Positions 19,766 through 30,747 of a DNA stretch of 64,000 nucleotides are shown here, one piece after another; within the stretch, counting starts at the first letter, position 1, and every line of letters begins with the position of its first letter. Source of the stretch: a virus; the IMG/VR virus record IMGVR_UViG_3300021964_000039, positions 16,019 to 80,018 of that record; one strand, written 5' to 3'. The position numbers and the translations under genes were made by a program. A model generated the notes under the pieces. The model was given only the letters and a program-made list of their open reading frames with translations, was not told where the DNA came from and ran no database searches.

Positions 19766-21196
19766 TCAAGAGAGCGAAATTCTCCAACTGCCTCTTGGAT
19801 AGTCACCGTCTACACTTAACAACCATTCATTACCATTCCATCTATATTGTGTGCTGGTATTAATATTTGTTGTATATACAGGAGTATATGCACTATCATC
19901 AATATTATTTTCACTGGAATCAAATACTATACGCCAATTGTTTCCATTCCATTCAATAATATCATTTGCACCTGCAACAAAATCTGTGCCATCTGCATTT
20001 TTCCATGCATCCGGACCATCAGTGTTTTCATCGCTGCCTATATTTTCTAATAATAATAATCTTATACCATTTGATTTTATATTAGAAGGATTGAAATTAG
20101 TAGGATCTATAATATAATCCACTGTTGTTTTACCCTCAATAGTACTATTATCTGGATAAGTGTCTGTGTCCCAATTAATAGAAAGTTTTGTCGGATCTAT
20201 CAAATTAAGACTAAATGTACCCACAATTTGATTGCCGGTGTCAATTTGTGTTAGATAAATTGTACTCACGCCTGCACTATAACTGCCAGGGTGTGCATCT
20301 AACACTCCTCGCCAATCAATATTACCTACTACATTTTTGTCAATGATTTGTGCAGTATCACCATCAATATACACACCATAATTTTGATAGTTAGTTGCTT
20401 CTACTTGTGTTGTGTAATCTGTTTGAGCTATTACACCTCCGAAATCGTTACGTACCTTGCCTGATTTTATACTATCGTCGTATGCAATAACATCAGGCAT
20501 GCTAAGTCCTAGATCAATTTCACCTGTGTCTTCATTGAATATACTTGCAATTATATTTGTTACTACTCCTAACTTTTTAACCTTTACAGGTGGAGATATG
20601 TATATAGGTGTAGAAAATTGTAGTGTTGCAATATCTATTTCAGAATCAACTCCTACCGGAATACTTCTATTACTAAATGTTACATCCTCTAAATTCACAA
20701 CTGTCAAACTTGTCCAATCTACAAAATTGTCAGTGGTTTGGATTTCTAAACTAGGATTAAACAACGTTAGTATTTGTTCAAGTATCTGAAGTTTTTGTTC
20801 TGTATTTGTACTCCAAATATCAGCATTTATTGTAAGAGTATACGGGGTAGGCATCAAACGTTCAACTGTATAGTTCTTTCCCTGGTAATCTAAATACTCT
20901 TCGCTATTTTCATCATATGCACGTTCCCGTATGTGTAGTTTACTTACATAACTAGCATCGGCTGTTCTTTCTCTATCCATAGCCAAATTATTAATATGTA
21001 TTGCTATACGAGGAGCAGACGGAATTTTATTTTCGCTATTGTCTCTGATAATACCAGCAACTTGTCTAGTTAAGTCACCATATGTTACTGGTATTTTTGT
21101 AAGATTTCCCTTACCATCAGAATACTCAAAATTACTCAAAAGTCTAACCATTTGAGTAACATAACGTCTAATCTGTCCGTCGTAGAAATACTGCAT
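19766..21196 (-). CDS. gp15: Tail sheath stabiliser/terminator (T4 gp15-like) with C-terminal extension
   Basis: YFYD.QIRRY, IPVTYG, PTPY.L, QILEQIL..FNP. Confidence 0.8.
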   Translation of the reverse strand: MQYFYDGQIRRYVTQMVRLLSNFEYSDGKGNLTKIPVTYGDLTRQVAGIIRDNSENKIPSAPRIAIHINNLAMDRERTADASYVSKLHIRERAYDENSEEYLDYQGKNYTVERLMPTPYTLTINADIWSTNTEQKLQILEQILTLFNPSLEIQTTDNFVDWTSLTVVNLEDVTFSNRSIPVGVDSEIDIATLQFSTPIYISPPVKVKKLGVVTNIIASIFNEDTGEIDLGLSMPDVIAYDDSIKSGKVRNDFGGVIAQTDYTTQVEATNYQNYGVYIDGDTAQIIDKNVVGNIDWRGVLDAHPGSYSAGVSTIYLTQIDTGNQIVGTFSLNLIDPTKLSINWDTDTYPDNSTIEGKTTVDYIIDPTNFNPSNIKSNGIRLLLLENIGSDENTDGPDAWKNADGTDFVAGANDIIEWNGNNWRIVFDSSENNIDDSAYTPVYTTNINTSTQYRWNGNEWLLSVDGDYPRGSWRISLS

Positions 21197-21199
21197 AAC

Positions 21200-22117
21200 T
21201 TAGATATTGTTTATAGCGTTTATGATATCATCAACTGTAGAGCCAGAACCTGCAGCAGGAAGAGCATCTTGTAATTCTTCAATAGGAATCATTCTCTTCC
21301 ATTGGCCATCAATATAGAAATTATTTTCATGATTATCTCTATCATAAACCCAAAGACCATTTGCTCCGTCTGTCTCAACGTTTATAGCTCCGCCTACAAC
21401 TTTATTTGCATCTGCTAAATCAGTGGTTGTATCAGTTGCAAGTGATGCTAGTTGGTTATTAGCAACTCTAGCAGTTCTATAACCTCCGCTACCTACAATT
21501 CTTACAACACCGTCTAGTCTTGCTTCCCATTGCATAGCTTGGTCAACTGTTACAACACTAATACCACTACCATCTGTAGGAGCTGCATTAAAGACTAAAC
21601 CACCTTTAGTATTTGAAGTGTCATTGTCATACCCAGCTTCTAGGTAGGCTTGGTTTACAACAAAATTATCATTTAATCCAAAACCATTTCCTGCTGCAAC
21701 TTTAACTTCTGCATTAATAGGTCTGCCAAAATTCCATTCGCCGGAAGCGCCTAGCCCAGGGTCAAAACTTAGTTGACCAGTCCCTAAGTATAGAGTAGTT
21801 CCGCTTAAATATAAGTCTCTAAATTTAAACGCAGAGCTACCTAAGTCGTATGCTTCGTCTGAATCTGGAATTAAACTTCCGAGTATATTTTGTCCGCTAA
21901 CTGGTGGATTATCACCAAATGTATTAAAGGCACTACTAATATCTATAGTATTACCTCCGGTAATTGTAAGATTAGATCCGTTTAAACTAATAGTTTGATT
22001 GTCACTATCAGCTGCACTTTCTAAAGTTTGCACTCTCCCGTCAAGGTCGGAAAAGTTACCATCAAGTTCGGCAAATGTTAGCTCGCTCCCTTTGGTATTT
22101 CTAAGTGTGATTGGCAT
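21200..22117 (-). CDS. Fibre-like virion protein
   Basis: ITLR..KGS.LT.AELD.NF N-terminus; IP....YDLGS...FRDLYLS motif. Confidence 0.6.
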   Translation of the reverse strand: MPITLRNTKGSELTFAELDGNFSDLDGRVQTLESAADSDNQTISLNGSNLTITGGNTIDISSAFNTFGDNPPVSGQNILGSLIPDSDEAYDLGSSAFKFRDLYLSGTTLYLGTGQLSFDPGLGASGEWNFGRPINAEVKVAAGNGFGLNDNFVVNQAYLEAGYDNDTSNTKGGLVFNAAPTDGSGISVVTVDQAMQWEARLDGVVRIVGSGGYRTARVANNQLASLATDTTTDLADANKVVGGAINVETDGANGLWVYDRDNHENNFYIDGQWKRMIPIEELQDALPAAGSGSTVDDIINAINNI

Positions 22118-22141
22118 TATATATCTCCTTTATGTTGCTAA

Positions 22142-23332
22142 TCAATTGTCTGGTTTAGCTCTTAGAGCCTTACTCAAACTTTGCCTTTCGGGTACTGTTT
22201 CTCCCCCTATGTTATTTGTACTGGTATTATTTATGAATTTACCTTTTTGGTGGTTTCTAGTATCTGTGTTAGACAATGTTACTCTAACATCGTCAACAAT
22301 CTTCAACCATCTGTTTCCATCAAATCTAAACATTCTTTTAGGCAAAAAATCTGTTCTTAAGAAGTAGTCACCCTTGTCAGCATTGTTAGGAAAACTTATC
22401 CCCATGCCAAAATTTGCTCCGTTAGGTGCTTCTTCTGTTCCTAATAAATATCCTTCATATCCTAGTTTAGCAGGTTTGTGTGCTAATTTTTCGGGATTAA
22501 TATTTGCTGTATACCCTTGTATAACATATGCAGGTGAAACATATGTTCCTGGATCAGTCCCAGGCTGAGTTGCATCGACATCAATACTTCCATCTTCATT
22601 TGTAGCTAGTGTATAATAATGACTAATATCATATCCACTTTCTGGTGCATCTGCTTCTGCCTGTGCAACTACCGCATCATTAATTTGCATTTCTTTTTCA
22701 AATGTAGACAATACATCTCTTAAAGTTTCATTAGTATCTTCACCTGCTGGCAAATCAAGTATTTCTTTAAATTCTTGTCCGTCATATATTTGCTTCATTT
22801 TTAATCTATATAAATGAGGATACCAAGTTGGCGAAAATCCTTCAGACGCTCTACTTACATCATCAATTACATAGAAACGCTTTAGAGCAACACTGAAATC
22901 GTTTAATGCATATTCATCTTTTAGATGCGGCAATTCTATAACATCACCGGGCATTAATTTTCTTCCTATAGTTTTGACACTATTTCTAATATGAACAGTC
23001 ATGAATAGTGTGTCGTTATCAAGAAACAACCCAAATTGACTGAGGTTGAAATCTATATCCTGTACATTGTAAATGCCGCGCAATGTGTAAATGTCCGGAT
23101 CATACTTTCTATCTCTATTTTCTAAGAATAGTAAATCTTGAATATTTGTTTCTGCAACGCTATTATACCTAGGTGAATCTGCTGTTGCGTCTTCACTTTC
23201 AGGATTTTCGGGACCTAAGTATTTGTGTACCAATACATCGGTGCCGCCGACAGTAAACATTTCTAAGATTTGTCTATCTAGAAATTCATAATCTTTTCCG
23301 CGTTCAGGTTTGTATAAACTAAGTCTTGGCAT
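22142..23332 (-). CDS. gp14: Neck / head-closure protein (T4 gp14-like)
   Basis: LFLENRDRKY, LSQFGLF, GDVIELP; divergent from gp13. Confidence 0.7.
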   Translation of the reverse strand: MPRLSLYKPERGKDYEFLDRQILEMFTVGGTDVLVHKYLGPENPESEDATADSPRYNSVAETNIQDLLFLENRDRKYDPDIYTLRGIYNVQDIDFNLSQFGLFLDNDTLFMTVHIRNSVKTIGRKLMPGDVIELPHLKDEYALNDFSVALKRFYVIDDVSRASEGFSPTWYPHLYRLKMKQIYDGQEFKEILDLPAGEDTNETLRDVLSTFEKEMQINDAVVAQAEADAPESGYDISHYYTLATNEDGSIDVDATQPGTDPGTYVSPAYVIQGYTANINPEKLAHKPAKLGYEGYLLGTEEAPNGANFGMGISFPNNADKGDYFLRTDFLPKRMFRFDGNRWLKIVDDVRVTLSNTDTRNHQKGKFINNTSTNNIGGETVPERQSLSKALRAKPDN

Positions 23333-23337
23333 ATGTA

Positions 23338-23354
23338 TATTTATTCGATAAATA
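23338..23354. promoter_or_regulatory. Back-to-back divergent late promoters (TATTTA-ttcga-TAAATA)
   Basis: Two TAAATA cores facing gp14 (-) and gp13 (+). Confidence 0.7.
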
Positions 23355-23372
23355 CTAATGGAGAATATAACT

Positions 23373-24131
23373 ATGTCAGCACACGCTACACAAAAACAAG
23401 AAATTTTTGATTATGTAAATGCATTTTTAGGCGGCGGAATGGTCGATGTTGAACTTGATCCTATCCACTACGAAACGGCATTGAAGAAAGCGTTATCTAA
23501 GTTTAGACAACGATCAGACAATAGCGTCGAGGAAAGCTACTTATTTTTTGATACAGTAGTTGATCAAAACGAATATACACTACCTAACGAAGTTATAGAA
23601 GTACGCAAAATATTTAGAAGAAGTGTGGGTTCAAGAACAGGCGGCGGCGATGGCGGAAGTATCTTTGAGCCATTCAATCTTGCTTATACAAACACCTATC
23701 TATTAGCAAGTTCAAACATGGGAGGACTAGCTACATATGATTTGTTTAGTCAATATCAAGAATTAGTCGGCAGAATGTTTGGATCATTTATTGAATTTAA
23801 ATGGAATAGTACCTCCAAAAAATTAACACTACTGCAACGTCCTAGAGCAGAAGAAACGCTTATGTTGTATGCATACAACTATAGACCAGACAGTGAATTA
23901 CTTAATGACTACCTTGCAAGCCAATGGATTAAAGACTATACGCTTGCAGGCTGTAAGTATATGCTAGGCGAAGCTAGAGAAAAATTTGCTACTATCGCTG
24001 GACCACAAGGTGGTACTAGTCTTAATGGTGCAAGTCTTAAAGCCGAAGCCCAGGGCGAAATGGAAAAATTAGATCAAGAAGTGTCACTTGCTGTTTCAGG
24101 TGGTACAGGATATAGTTTCTTAATAGGTTGA
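23373..24131 (+). CDS. gp13: Neck protein (T4 gp13-like); start at 23373 follows GGAG
   Basis: LG...VDVELD, WIKDY.LA..K..LG..R.KF....GP.GG..LNG. Confidence 0.85.
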   Translation: MSAHATQKQEIFDYVNAFLGGGMVDVELDPIHYETALKKALSKFRQRSDNSVEESYLFFDTVVDQNEYTLPNEVIEVRKIFRRSVGSRTGGGDGGSIFEPFNLAYTNTYLLASSNMGGLATYDLFSQYQELVGRMFGSFIEFKWNSTSKKLTLLQRPRAEETLMLYAYNYRPDSELLNDYLASQWIKDYTLAGCKYMLGEAREKFATIAGPQGGTSLNGASLKAEAQGEMEKLDQEVSLAVSGGTGYSFLIG

Positions 24132-24156
24132 CAAATCCTTTTGTATATCGTATAAT
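24128..24156 (+). promoter_or_regulatory. Consensus sigma70 promoter
   Basis: TTGACA-17-TATAAT upstream of the dNMP kinase. Confidence 0.85.
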
Positions 24157-24183
24157 ATGATATAGTATAAGGAAAGGTTAATC

Positions 24184-24795
24184 ATGGTAATTGGAATCTG
24201 TGGACTAATAGGCAGCGGCAAAGATACGGTCGCAAAATTTCTAATAGAAAATCATGGATATGAAAAAATCTCTTTTGCAGATTCATTGAAAGATGGTGTT
24301 TCTACTGTTTTTGGATGGGACAGAGAAATGCTTGAAGGACAAACTGATGAATCTCGACAATGGAGAGAAGAACCTGATGAATTTTGGTCCAAAGAAACAG
24401 GCAAAAAAATTACTCCACGTTTAATTTTACAACTTTTTGGAACCGACTGTATGCGTAACGGATTTTATGATGGCATATGGGTAAGTTTAACAAAAAAGAA
24501 AATATTAGAAAATCCGGAAACAAACTATGTTATACCTGATGTTAGATTTTCTAATGAAGCACAAATGATTAAAGATATCAACGGAAAAGTATGGAGAATA
24601 CGTAGAGGTCCTGATCCAGTTTGGTTTCGTATGTATCAAGACATAGGTGTAGAGCCAACGGACGTACACGAAAGTGAATGGAGATGGGCAAATGTATCAT
24701 TTGATACTATTGTTGATAATTTTGGCACCATAGATGATCTCAAAAATCTGGTTTCAAATCACCTTGCTTCCACCGAACTCCTTCTTTCTGCATAA
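24184..24795 (+). CDS. Deoxynucleoside monophosphate kinase (T4 gp1-like)
   Basis: GLIGSGKDT, SFAD.LK, TPR.ILQ.FGT, DVRF.NE, H.SE. Confidence 0.9.
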   Translation: MVIGICGLIGSGKDTVAKFLIENHGYEKISFADSLKDGVSTVFGWDREMLEGQTDESRQWREEPDEFWSKETGKKITPRLILQLFGTDCMRNGFYDGIWVSLTKKKILENPETNYVIPDVRFSNEAQMIKDINGKVWRIRRGPDPVWFRMYQDIGVEPTDVHESEWRWANVSFDTIVDNFGTIDDLKNLVSNHLASTELLLSA

Positions 24796-25078
24796 TACGT
24801 TGGCAGTTTGCACATATAGTTTTTAAGTTTAAAGGCGAGCAATTATTCAAGTTTCCATCAACATGGAAAACATTAAATTGTTCAGGATGTGTAGATTTAT
24901 AATTACACTTCTCACAGAATGACTTTTTTTTGTATCCTGCTTGTTTCCATTTAGGTATACCGTGACTAACACCTCCATGCGTTAAACACATCTCGCATTT
25001 TTTCCTATAGTAAATTTTATTACCTTTTTTGTAATTTATTGCCGCTGGTCTAAATCCGCATACACATAATGGTCTCAT
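24740..25078 (-). CDS. Small Zn-binding HNH-like endonuclease
   Basis: CxC, CxxC, CEKC, HVDGN..N....NL.TICANC. Confidence 0.75.
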   Translation of the reverse strand: MRPLCVCGFRPAAINYKKGNKIYYRKKCEMCLTHGGVSHGIPKWKQAGYKKKSFCEKCNYKSTHPEQFNVFHVDGNLNNCSPLNLKTICANCQRIMQKEGVRWKQGDLKPDF

Positions 25079-25191
25079 ATTGTATTTACCTCACCTTTTC
25101 ATCACCTTTTTTCGGTGTTAACAGTACTGATTTTTCTATCTGATGGCTAAATAACATTAATAAAGAATTTTGAATTCATAGGAGAATTATA

Positions 25192-28100
25192 ATGGCATTG
25201 ACATCACCAGGAGTTCAGGTTAGTGTAATAGACGAAAGTTTTTATACTTCAGCACAACCAGGAACAGTTCCAATGTTGCTTGTAGCGTCAGCACAAGACA
25301 AAGCAAATGCTGCTGGAACAGGCATAGCACAAGGAACAAGACAAGCAAACGCTGGTAACCCATATCTAGTTACAAGTCAAAGAGACTTAGTAGAGTTATT
25401 TGGTGAACCAGTATTTTATACAGATACAAATAACAATCCAGTACATGGCGGAGAACTTAATGAATATGGACTTCAGGCTGCATATTCATTATTAGGTGTT
25501 AGTAATAGAGCATATATTGTTCGTGCAGACATAGATCTAGCATCACTAACTCCTAGTGCTAACGCTCCTGCTGCAAATCCGCAATCAGGAGAATATTGGT
25601 TTGATATTGCAAGTTCTTTGTACGGAATTTTTGAATGGAACGGCAATGCTGTAACAACTACTAATGGACAAACATTCACAAATAAGACTCCTAGAATTAT
25701 AAATGCACAAGGTGATGTTGTAAACTTTAGTACAGGAGATTATACTCCTAAAGCGTCTATTGGTGCTATTGGCGAATATGCCTTAGTAACTGTAACAAGT
25801 GTAAACAAGTTATGGTATAAGAATAGTGCTGGAACATGGGTCACAGTTGGTAGTTCTGCTTGGACAGCAAGTTGGCCAACAGTAAGAAGTGGTACAAGTA
25901 ATCCAACAATTAATCCTGCAGATTCATTTGATATCAACAGTACACCAATTACAGGTTGGGGAGGAAACTCCGTAACTGATCTTGCAGGCTATATTAACTC
26001 ACTTAGCTTAGGTGCTGGCGGTGCAGGTGCAGTAACAGCAGCCGTTGTAGACAACAGACTAGAGCTATACAGCGCAGGTAATCCTGTAATAATTGGTGCA
26101 GGAACAGGTACTATACTTTCAGATCTTGATATTACAGCTACTACATTCCAAGCTCCTGCATTGCAAATTAGCACACATACTAATGTACCACAGTTTAAAT
26201 CAAATGGTACTAATAATCCAACAGGTTCTATATGGGTTAAGACTACACAACCAAATGGCGGCGCAAAATATAGCGTTAAGCGTTGGAATGCAACAACAGC
26301 ACTTTGGGAAGCACTATCATCACCAATATATGATACAAACCATGCTGCACTGTATGGTTTGGATGTAGCTGGCGGTGGCAAGAATTTACCAGTTGGGTCA
26401 ATTTATATTCAAAGCAATCCAACAGAAGATAGTCCAACAGAAGCTTCATTTAAGATTATGCGTAGAGCAGTTTCAGGTGATACAGCAGTAACTAGTGCAG
26501 CAATTACAGGACTAAGTGTTACTGGCGGAGCCGGCGGCGGCGCAGTATACAACTTTGATATTCAAGAATCAATTGTTGGTAATTCAGCCCTTAATCCTGC
26601 AATCACTGTAACATTTACTGCTACAAATGCAGCTACAGATGCAGAAGATATAGCGGCAGCTATTAACAGCGCAGGCTTTGTAAATATTGTTGCAAGCGTA
26701 GATAGTTCTAATAAACTTAGTATAGCACATACAGCAGGCGGAGAGTTCCGTATTGCAGACACTGACGGAGCACTAGCAGATATAGGTTACACAGCATTTA
26801 ATAATGCAACCTCAACAGGCACACCTAATCTTTATGCCGCACCAGCAGGTGATACAACAAATGATTTTGTAGCAACAAACTGGAATGTACTTTCATATAC
26901 AGCAAGCGTAGATGCTCCAACTTCGTTAACAGATAACAATACACTATGGTATAATAGTGTAGTTGATGAAGTGGACATTATGGTACATAACGGCAGTACT
27001 TGGGTAGGATACTTAGATTCTACAAGTCCATACTATGCCGCGCAAGCAGGTAATCAAACCGATCCTGTAGGACCAATTGTTTCTGCAACACAACCTGAAG
27101 AGCAAAGTGATGGTAGCGATCTTAAAGAAGGTGATATTTGGATTGACACTTCTGATTTAGAAAACTATCCTAGAATTTACAAGTATAATGCAACATTGTT
27201 AAGATGGATTGAAGTTGATACTTCAGATCAGACTACAGAAGATGGCATCTTATTTGCAGATGCACGTTGGACTGATGCAGGATATGATGCAACTAATGTA
27301 GCATCTAGTATTACAGACTTGTTGGTTAGTAATTACTTAGATCCAGACGCTCCAGATCCTGCACTTTATCCAAGAGGAATGTTATTATGGAATACACGCA
27401 GAAGCGGATTTAATGTTAAGAGATTTGTAAGAAACTACATTGATTTAACAACAACTAACCCAAGATTTAACAATGAAGATATGAATGATCTAACAACAGG
27501 TCAAAAATATTATCCACATCGTTGGGTTACTGAATCAGCTAACCAAGCAAACGGAGCAGGATCTTTTGGTCGCAATGCTCAACGCAAAGTGATTGTACAA
27601 GCACTACAAGCTGAAATAAACAGTAATGAAGAAATTAGAGATGAACAGTCAAAGCAATTTAATATTATTGCTACTCCAGGCTATTCAGAACTAATTGGAG
27701 AAATGGTAACACTTAACTATGACAGAGGATTAACAGCATTTGTACTTGGTGATTCCCCTGCAAGGCTAACAAGTGATGCTACTTCATTGTCAGAATGGTC
27801 AACTAATGTAAACCAGGCAGTTGAAGATAATTCAAACGGGCTAGTTAGTTTTGACGAATATTTGGCTGTGTTCTATCCATGGGGTATAACATCAGACAAT
27901 GCAGGAAATAATATTGTTGTTCCACCAAGTCATATGATGCTACGTACTATTGCATTAAGTGACCAGGTTAGCTTCCCATGGTTTGCACCAGCCGGAACTA
28001 GAAGAGGAAATATTACAAATGCAACTGCTGCAGGTTTTGTAAACAGTGAAGGAGAATTTGTAAGTATATCTCTAAACGAAGGACAGCGAGATACACTTTA

Positions 28101-28509
28101 TTCAAATAAAGTCAATCCTATATCATTCTTAACTGGTGCAGGTTTGGTTAACTTTGGACAAAAGACTAGAGCTCCAAATGATAGTGCATTAGATAGAATT
28201 AATGTTGCTAGATTGGTAATTTATTTGAGATCACAACTACAGTCATTGTCAAAGCCGTTCATATTTGAACCAAATGATAAGATAACTAGAGATGAAATAA
28301 AGCAAGCTACAGAAAGCCTATTATTAGAACTAGTAGGACAAAGAGCATTGTATGACTTCTTAGTTGTATGCGATGAAACTAACAATACTCCAGCTAGAAT
28401 TGATAGAAATGAACTATACTTAGACATTGCTATTGAACCGGTTAAAGCAGTTGAGTTTATTTACATACCTCTTAGACTTAAGAACACCGGAGAAATTGCG
28501 GCTCTTTAA
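25192..28509 (+). CDS. gp18: Contractile tail sheath protein (1105 aa, with large insertion domains)
   Basis: MALTSPGV.V...DES; PWFAPAG.RRG; INVARL; FEPND; NNTP..IDRNEL; late promoter at 25148 and AGGAG RBS. Confidence 0.95.
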   Translation: MALTSPGVQVSVIDESFYTSAQPGTVPMLLVASAQDKANAAGTGIAQGTRQANAGNPYLVTSQRDLVELFGEPVFYTDTNNNPVHGGELNEYGLQAAYSLLGVSNRAYIVRADIDLASLTPSANAPAANPQSGEYWFDIASSLYGIFEWNGNAVTTTNGQTFTNKTPRIINAQGDVVNFSTGDYTPKASIGAIGEYALVTVTSVNKLWYKNSAGTWVTVGSSAWTASWPTVRSGTSNPTINPADSFDINSTPITGWGGNSVTDLAGYINSLSLGAGGAGAVTAAVVDNRLELYSAGNPVIIGAGTGTILSDLDITATTFQAPALQISTHTNVPQFKSNGTNNPTGSIWVKTTQPNGGAKYSVKRWNATTALWEALSSPIYDTNHAALYGLDVAGGGKNLPVGSIYIQSNPTEDSPTEASFKIMRRAVSGDTAVTSAAITGLSVTGGAGGGAVYNFDIQESIVGNSALNPAITVTFTATNAATDAEDIAAAINSAGFVNIVASVDSSNKLSIAHTAGGEFRIADTDGALADIGYTAFNNATSTGTPNLYAAPAGDTTNDFVATNWNVLSYTASVDAPTSLTDNNTLWYNSVVDEVDIMVHNGSTWVGYLDSTSPYYAAQAGNQTDPVGPIVSATQPEEQSDGSDLKEGDIWIDTSDLENYPRIYKYNATLLRWIEVDTSDQTTEDGILFADARWTDAGYDATNVASSITDLLVSNYLDPDAPDPALYPRGMLLWNTRRSGFNVKRFVRNYIDLTTTNPRFNNEDMNDLTTGQKYYPHRWVTESANQANGAGSFGRNAQRKVIVQALQAEINSNEEIRDEQSKQFNIIATPGYSELIGEMVTLNYDRGLTAFVLGDSPARLTSDATSLSEWSTNVNQAVEDNSNGLVSFDEYLAVFYPWGITSDNAGNNIVVPPSHMMLRTIALSDQVSFPWFAPAGTRRGNITNATAAGFVNSEGEFVSISLNEGQRDTLYSNKVNPISFLTGAGLVNFGQKTRAPNDSALDRINVARLVIYLRSQLQSLSKPFIFEPNDKITRDEIKQATESLLLELVGQRALYDFLVVCDETNNTPARIDRNELYLDIAIEPVKAVEFIYIPLRLKNTGEIAAL

Positions 28510-28552
28510 TAGCTGAAGAAATGTGATAAATAATAGTAACAGGAGATATTAA

Positions 28553-29179
28553 ATGGCTATTTCAACACTATCAAAATTAACTGTGCCGCTAGATAGCGAT
28601 AACAGTGCAACTAATCAGGGCTTATTAATGCCTAAGTTGCAGTATCGCTTTAGAGTGACACTGGAAAACTTTGGTGTGTCGACTCCTACAACAGAGCTTA
28701 CAAAACAAGTTATGGACGTTACTCGTCCAACAGTATCGTTTGATCAAATTACTCTTGATGCATATAACTCACGTGTGTATTTGGCAGGTAAGCATACTTG
28801 GGAGCCGATTACACTTAACTTGCGTGAAGACGTAAACAATAATGTACAAAAACTTGTTGGCGAACAGTTACAGAAACAATTCGACTTCTTCGAACAGGCA
28901 AGTGCTGCATCAGGTATAGATTATAAGTTCTTAACAAGAATGGAAATACTTGACGGTGGTAACGGTATAAATGAACCAAATGTATTAGAAACTTTTGAAT
29001 TATACGGTTGTTACATAGAAAATGCAAATTATAACAGTTTAAATTATACAACTAATGATCCTGTTAATGTAACACTACAAATACGTTATGATAATGCTAT
29101 CCAATCACCACAAGGTACAGGTATTGGTACAGCAATCGGACGTACTACAAATACTTTAGTTACCGGCGGCGGCCTATAA
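28553..29179 (+). CDS. gp19: Tail tube protein
   Basis: Follows the sheath gene; RFRV, YLAGK.TW..I, L.GC, Y, YD motifs; TAAATA at 28527. Confidence 0.85.
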   Translation: MAISTLSKLTVPLDSDNSATNQGLLMPKLQYRFRVTLENFGVSTPTTELTKQVMDVTRPTVSFDQITLDAYNSRVYLAGKHTWEPITLNLREDVNNNVQKLVGEQLQKQFDFFEQASAASGIDYKFLTRMEILDGGNGINEPNVLETFELYGCYIENANYNSLNYTTNDPVNVTLQIRYDNAIQSPQGTGIGTAIGRTTNTLVTGGGL

Positions 29180-29201
29180 TAACAAAATAATAGCCAATAT
29201 A

Positions 29202-29227
29202 GAAAGGGGACTTAGTCCCCTTTCCTT
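29202..29227 (+). terminator. Intrinsic terminator
   Basis: GAAAGGGGAC-tta-GTCCCCTTTC hairpin after gp19. Confidence 0.75.
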
Positions 29228-29267
29228 ATGATTATATACGTACTTTAAACATAAGATAAATAATAGT

Positions 29268-30359
29268 ATGGCAGGTAACAATAATTTTGCAGACAATTTA
29301 CTATCGGGTCTCCTAAATCCTAAAGGAAATTTAGGTGATTTCCAACATGCGGCACGTCTTTATGTTGATGATTATTTCAGGTTAGCACCTAAAACTAAAT
29401 TTCTATATTTTGTTAACTGGAAAATAAATGAAGAAGTACAACAACTTTTTCTTAAAGGAGCCCAGCAAAAACATTTATTAGAAGCTGCTCTACTTGTTAA
29501 ATCTATTGATTTGCCGTCATTAGACATGCGTGTTGAAACAAAGAATTCTTACAATAGAAAGAAGAATTACCATACAGGCATAACCTATGATCCTATAAAT
29601 GTTACAATGCATGACGATAATTATAGCACAACAACTGCTTTACTAGAAGCATATTACAGATACAACTATGCTGACGGTAATGCACTTAAAGAACAAAACG
29701 ACCCAAGGTATGCATCTAGAAATACATACGGTAATAGTGAAACTAGAAAATATAAGTACGGATTAGATTATAGTTATGCTAATAATCCTTTACAGATTAA
29801 AAGACCTTTCTTTGATAGTTTTGATATATACCAATTTTCGAGAAAATTCTTTACAAAATTTAGTTTAATAAATCCTATCATAACTAATATTCAACACGAT
29901 ACCATGGACCAGTCTGATGGACAAACACCATCACAAAATAGATTTTCACTAATGTACGAAGCAGTAGTATACGGCCAAGGAGAAATTAAAGATGGTGATC
30001 CTGCAGGATTTGCTGAAATACATTATGACAAAACACCAAGTCCTCTAAGTTTAGAAGGTGGTGGTATTTCAAGTTTCTTTGGCTCAGGAGGAGCAATTGA
30101 AGGCGTAGGGAAATTGGGATTATTACTAGGTGGTGAAAACCCATCTTTGTTGACAGCTGCTATAGTTGCAGGTAACCTTGCAAATAACTCAAAAGATTTA
30201 GATAGCGAAAAATTTAAAGCTGAAGCGACTGCAATAACAATCAATCAAATAACAAGTATTCAACCTGAGGATGTTTCTGGACAATATTCAAGTATAAGTG
30301 CTGATATTCCAGTAACTGGTAATGAACCAGTCACATCAACAGACCAAAGGAAAGCATAA
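29268..30359 (+). CDS. Tail tube-like / baseplate tube initiator (gp54/gp48-like)
   Basis: VKSIDLP, NSYNRK, YDP....HDD, LINP.I; position after the tube gene. Confidence 0.6.
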   Translation: MAGNNNFADNLLSGLLNPKGNLGDFQHAARLYVDDYFRLAPKTKFLYFVNWKINEEVQQLFLKGAQQKHLLEAALLVKSIDLPSLDMRVETKNSYNRKKNYHTGITYDPINVTMHDDNYSTTTALLEAYYRYNYADGNALKEQNDPRYASRNTYGNSETRKYKYGLDYSYANNPLQIKRPFFDSFDIYQFSRKFFTKFSLINPIITNIQHDTMDQSDGQTPSQNRFSLMYEAVVYGQGEIKDGDPAGFAEIHYDKTPSPLSLEGGGISSFFGSGGAIEGVGKLGLLLGGENPSLLTAAIVAGNLANNSKDLDSEKFKAEATAITINQITSIQPEDVSGQYSSISADIPVTGNEPVTSTDQRKA

Positions 30360-30370
30360 GGAAGACAAAA

Positions 30371-30745
30371 ATGCAAACAGACTACAATGAAGCAATTATA
30401 AGTAAAAAAGATAGTGCAGATTCTGTTGTTGGTTACTTTGATACATATTTTGATGCACCTATTTCATATGCACAAAATGAATTAGATGCTGTAGTAGGAT
30501 TTTTCCAAAATGCAGGCTTTGGACAAGAGTCAGCAACTAGTATCGCAGGAGTATTGTTGTTTCAAGCAAAATTAGAAAATGTTCCAGTAATGAAACTAAT
30601 TGATACATTAAAGCAATACACACCTCCACAACTATCACAAGTAGTGAGCCAGATTGTAAATAATTATAGATCTAATACTAGTGCAATAGGTTACAAAAGT
30701 GACAGACCACCTAGTGATTATGCAAGTAGAAACATAAAGGCTTAA
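30371..30745 (+). CDS. Hypothetical protein
   Basis: ORF with RBS in the structural operon. Confidence 0.6.
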   Translation: MQTDYNEAIISKKDSADSVVGYFDTYFDAPISYAQNELDAVVGFFQNAGFGQESATSIAGVLLFQAKLENVPVMKLIDTLKQYTPPQLSQVVSQIVNNYRSNTSAIGYKSDRPPSDYASRNIKA

Positions 30746-30747
30746 TA

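Noticed and set aside
24740-25078. HNH as a mobile homing endonuclease
   Set aside because: It is very short, free-standing and late-promoter associated, with no interrupted host gene; mobility cannot be supported.
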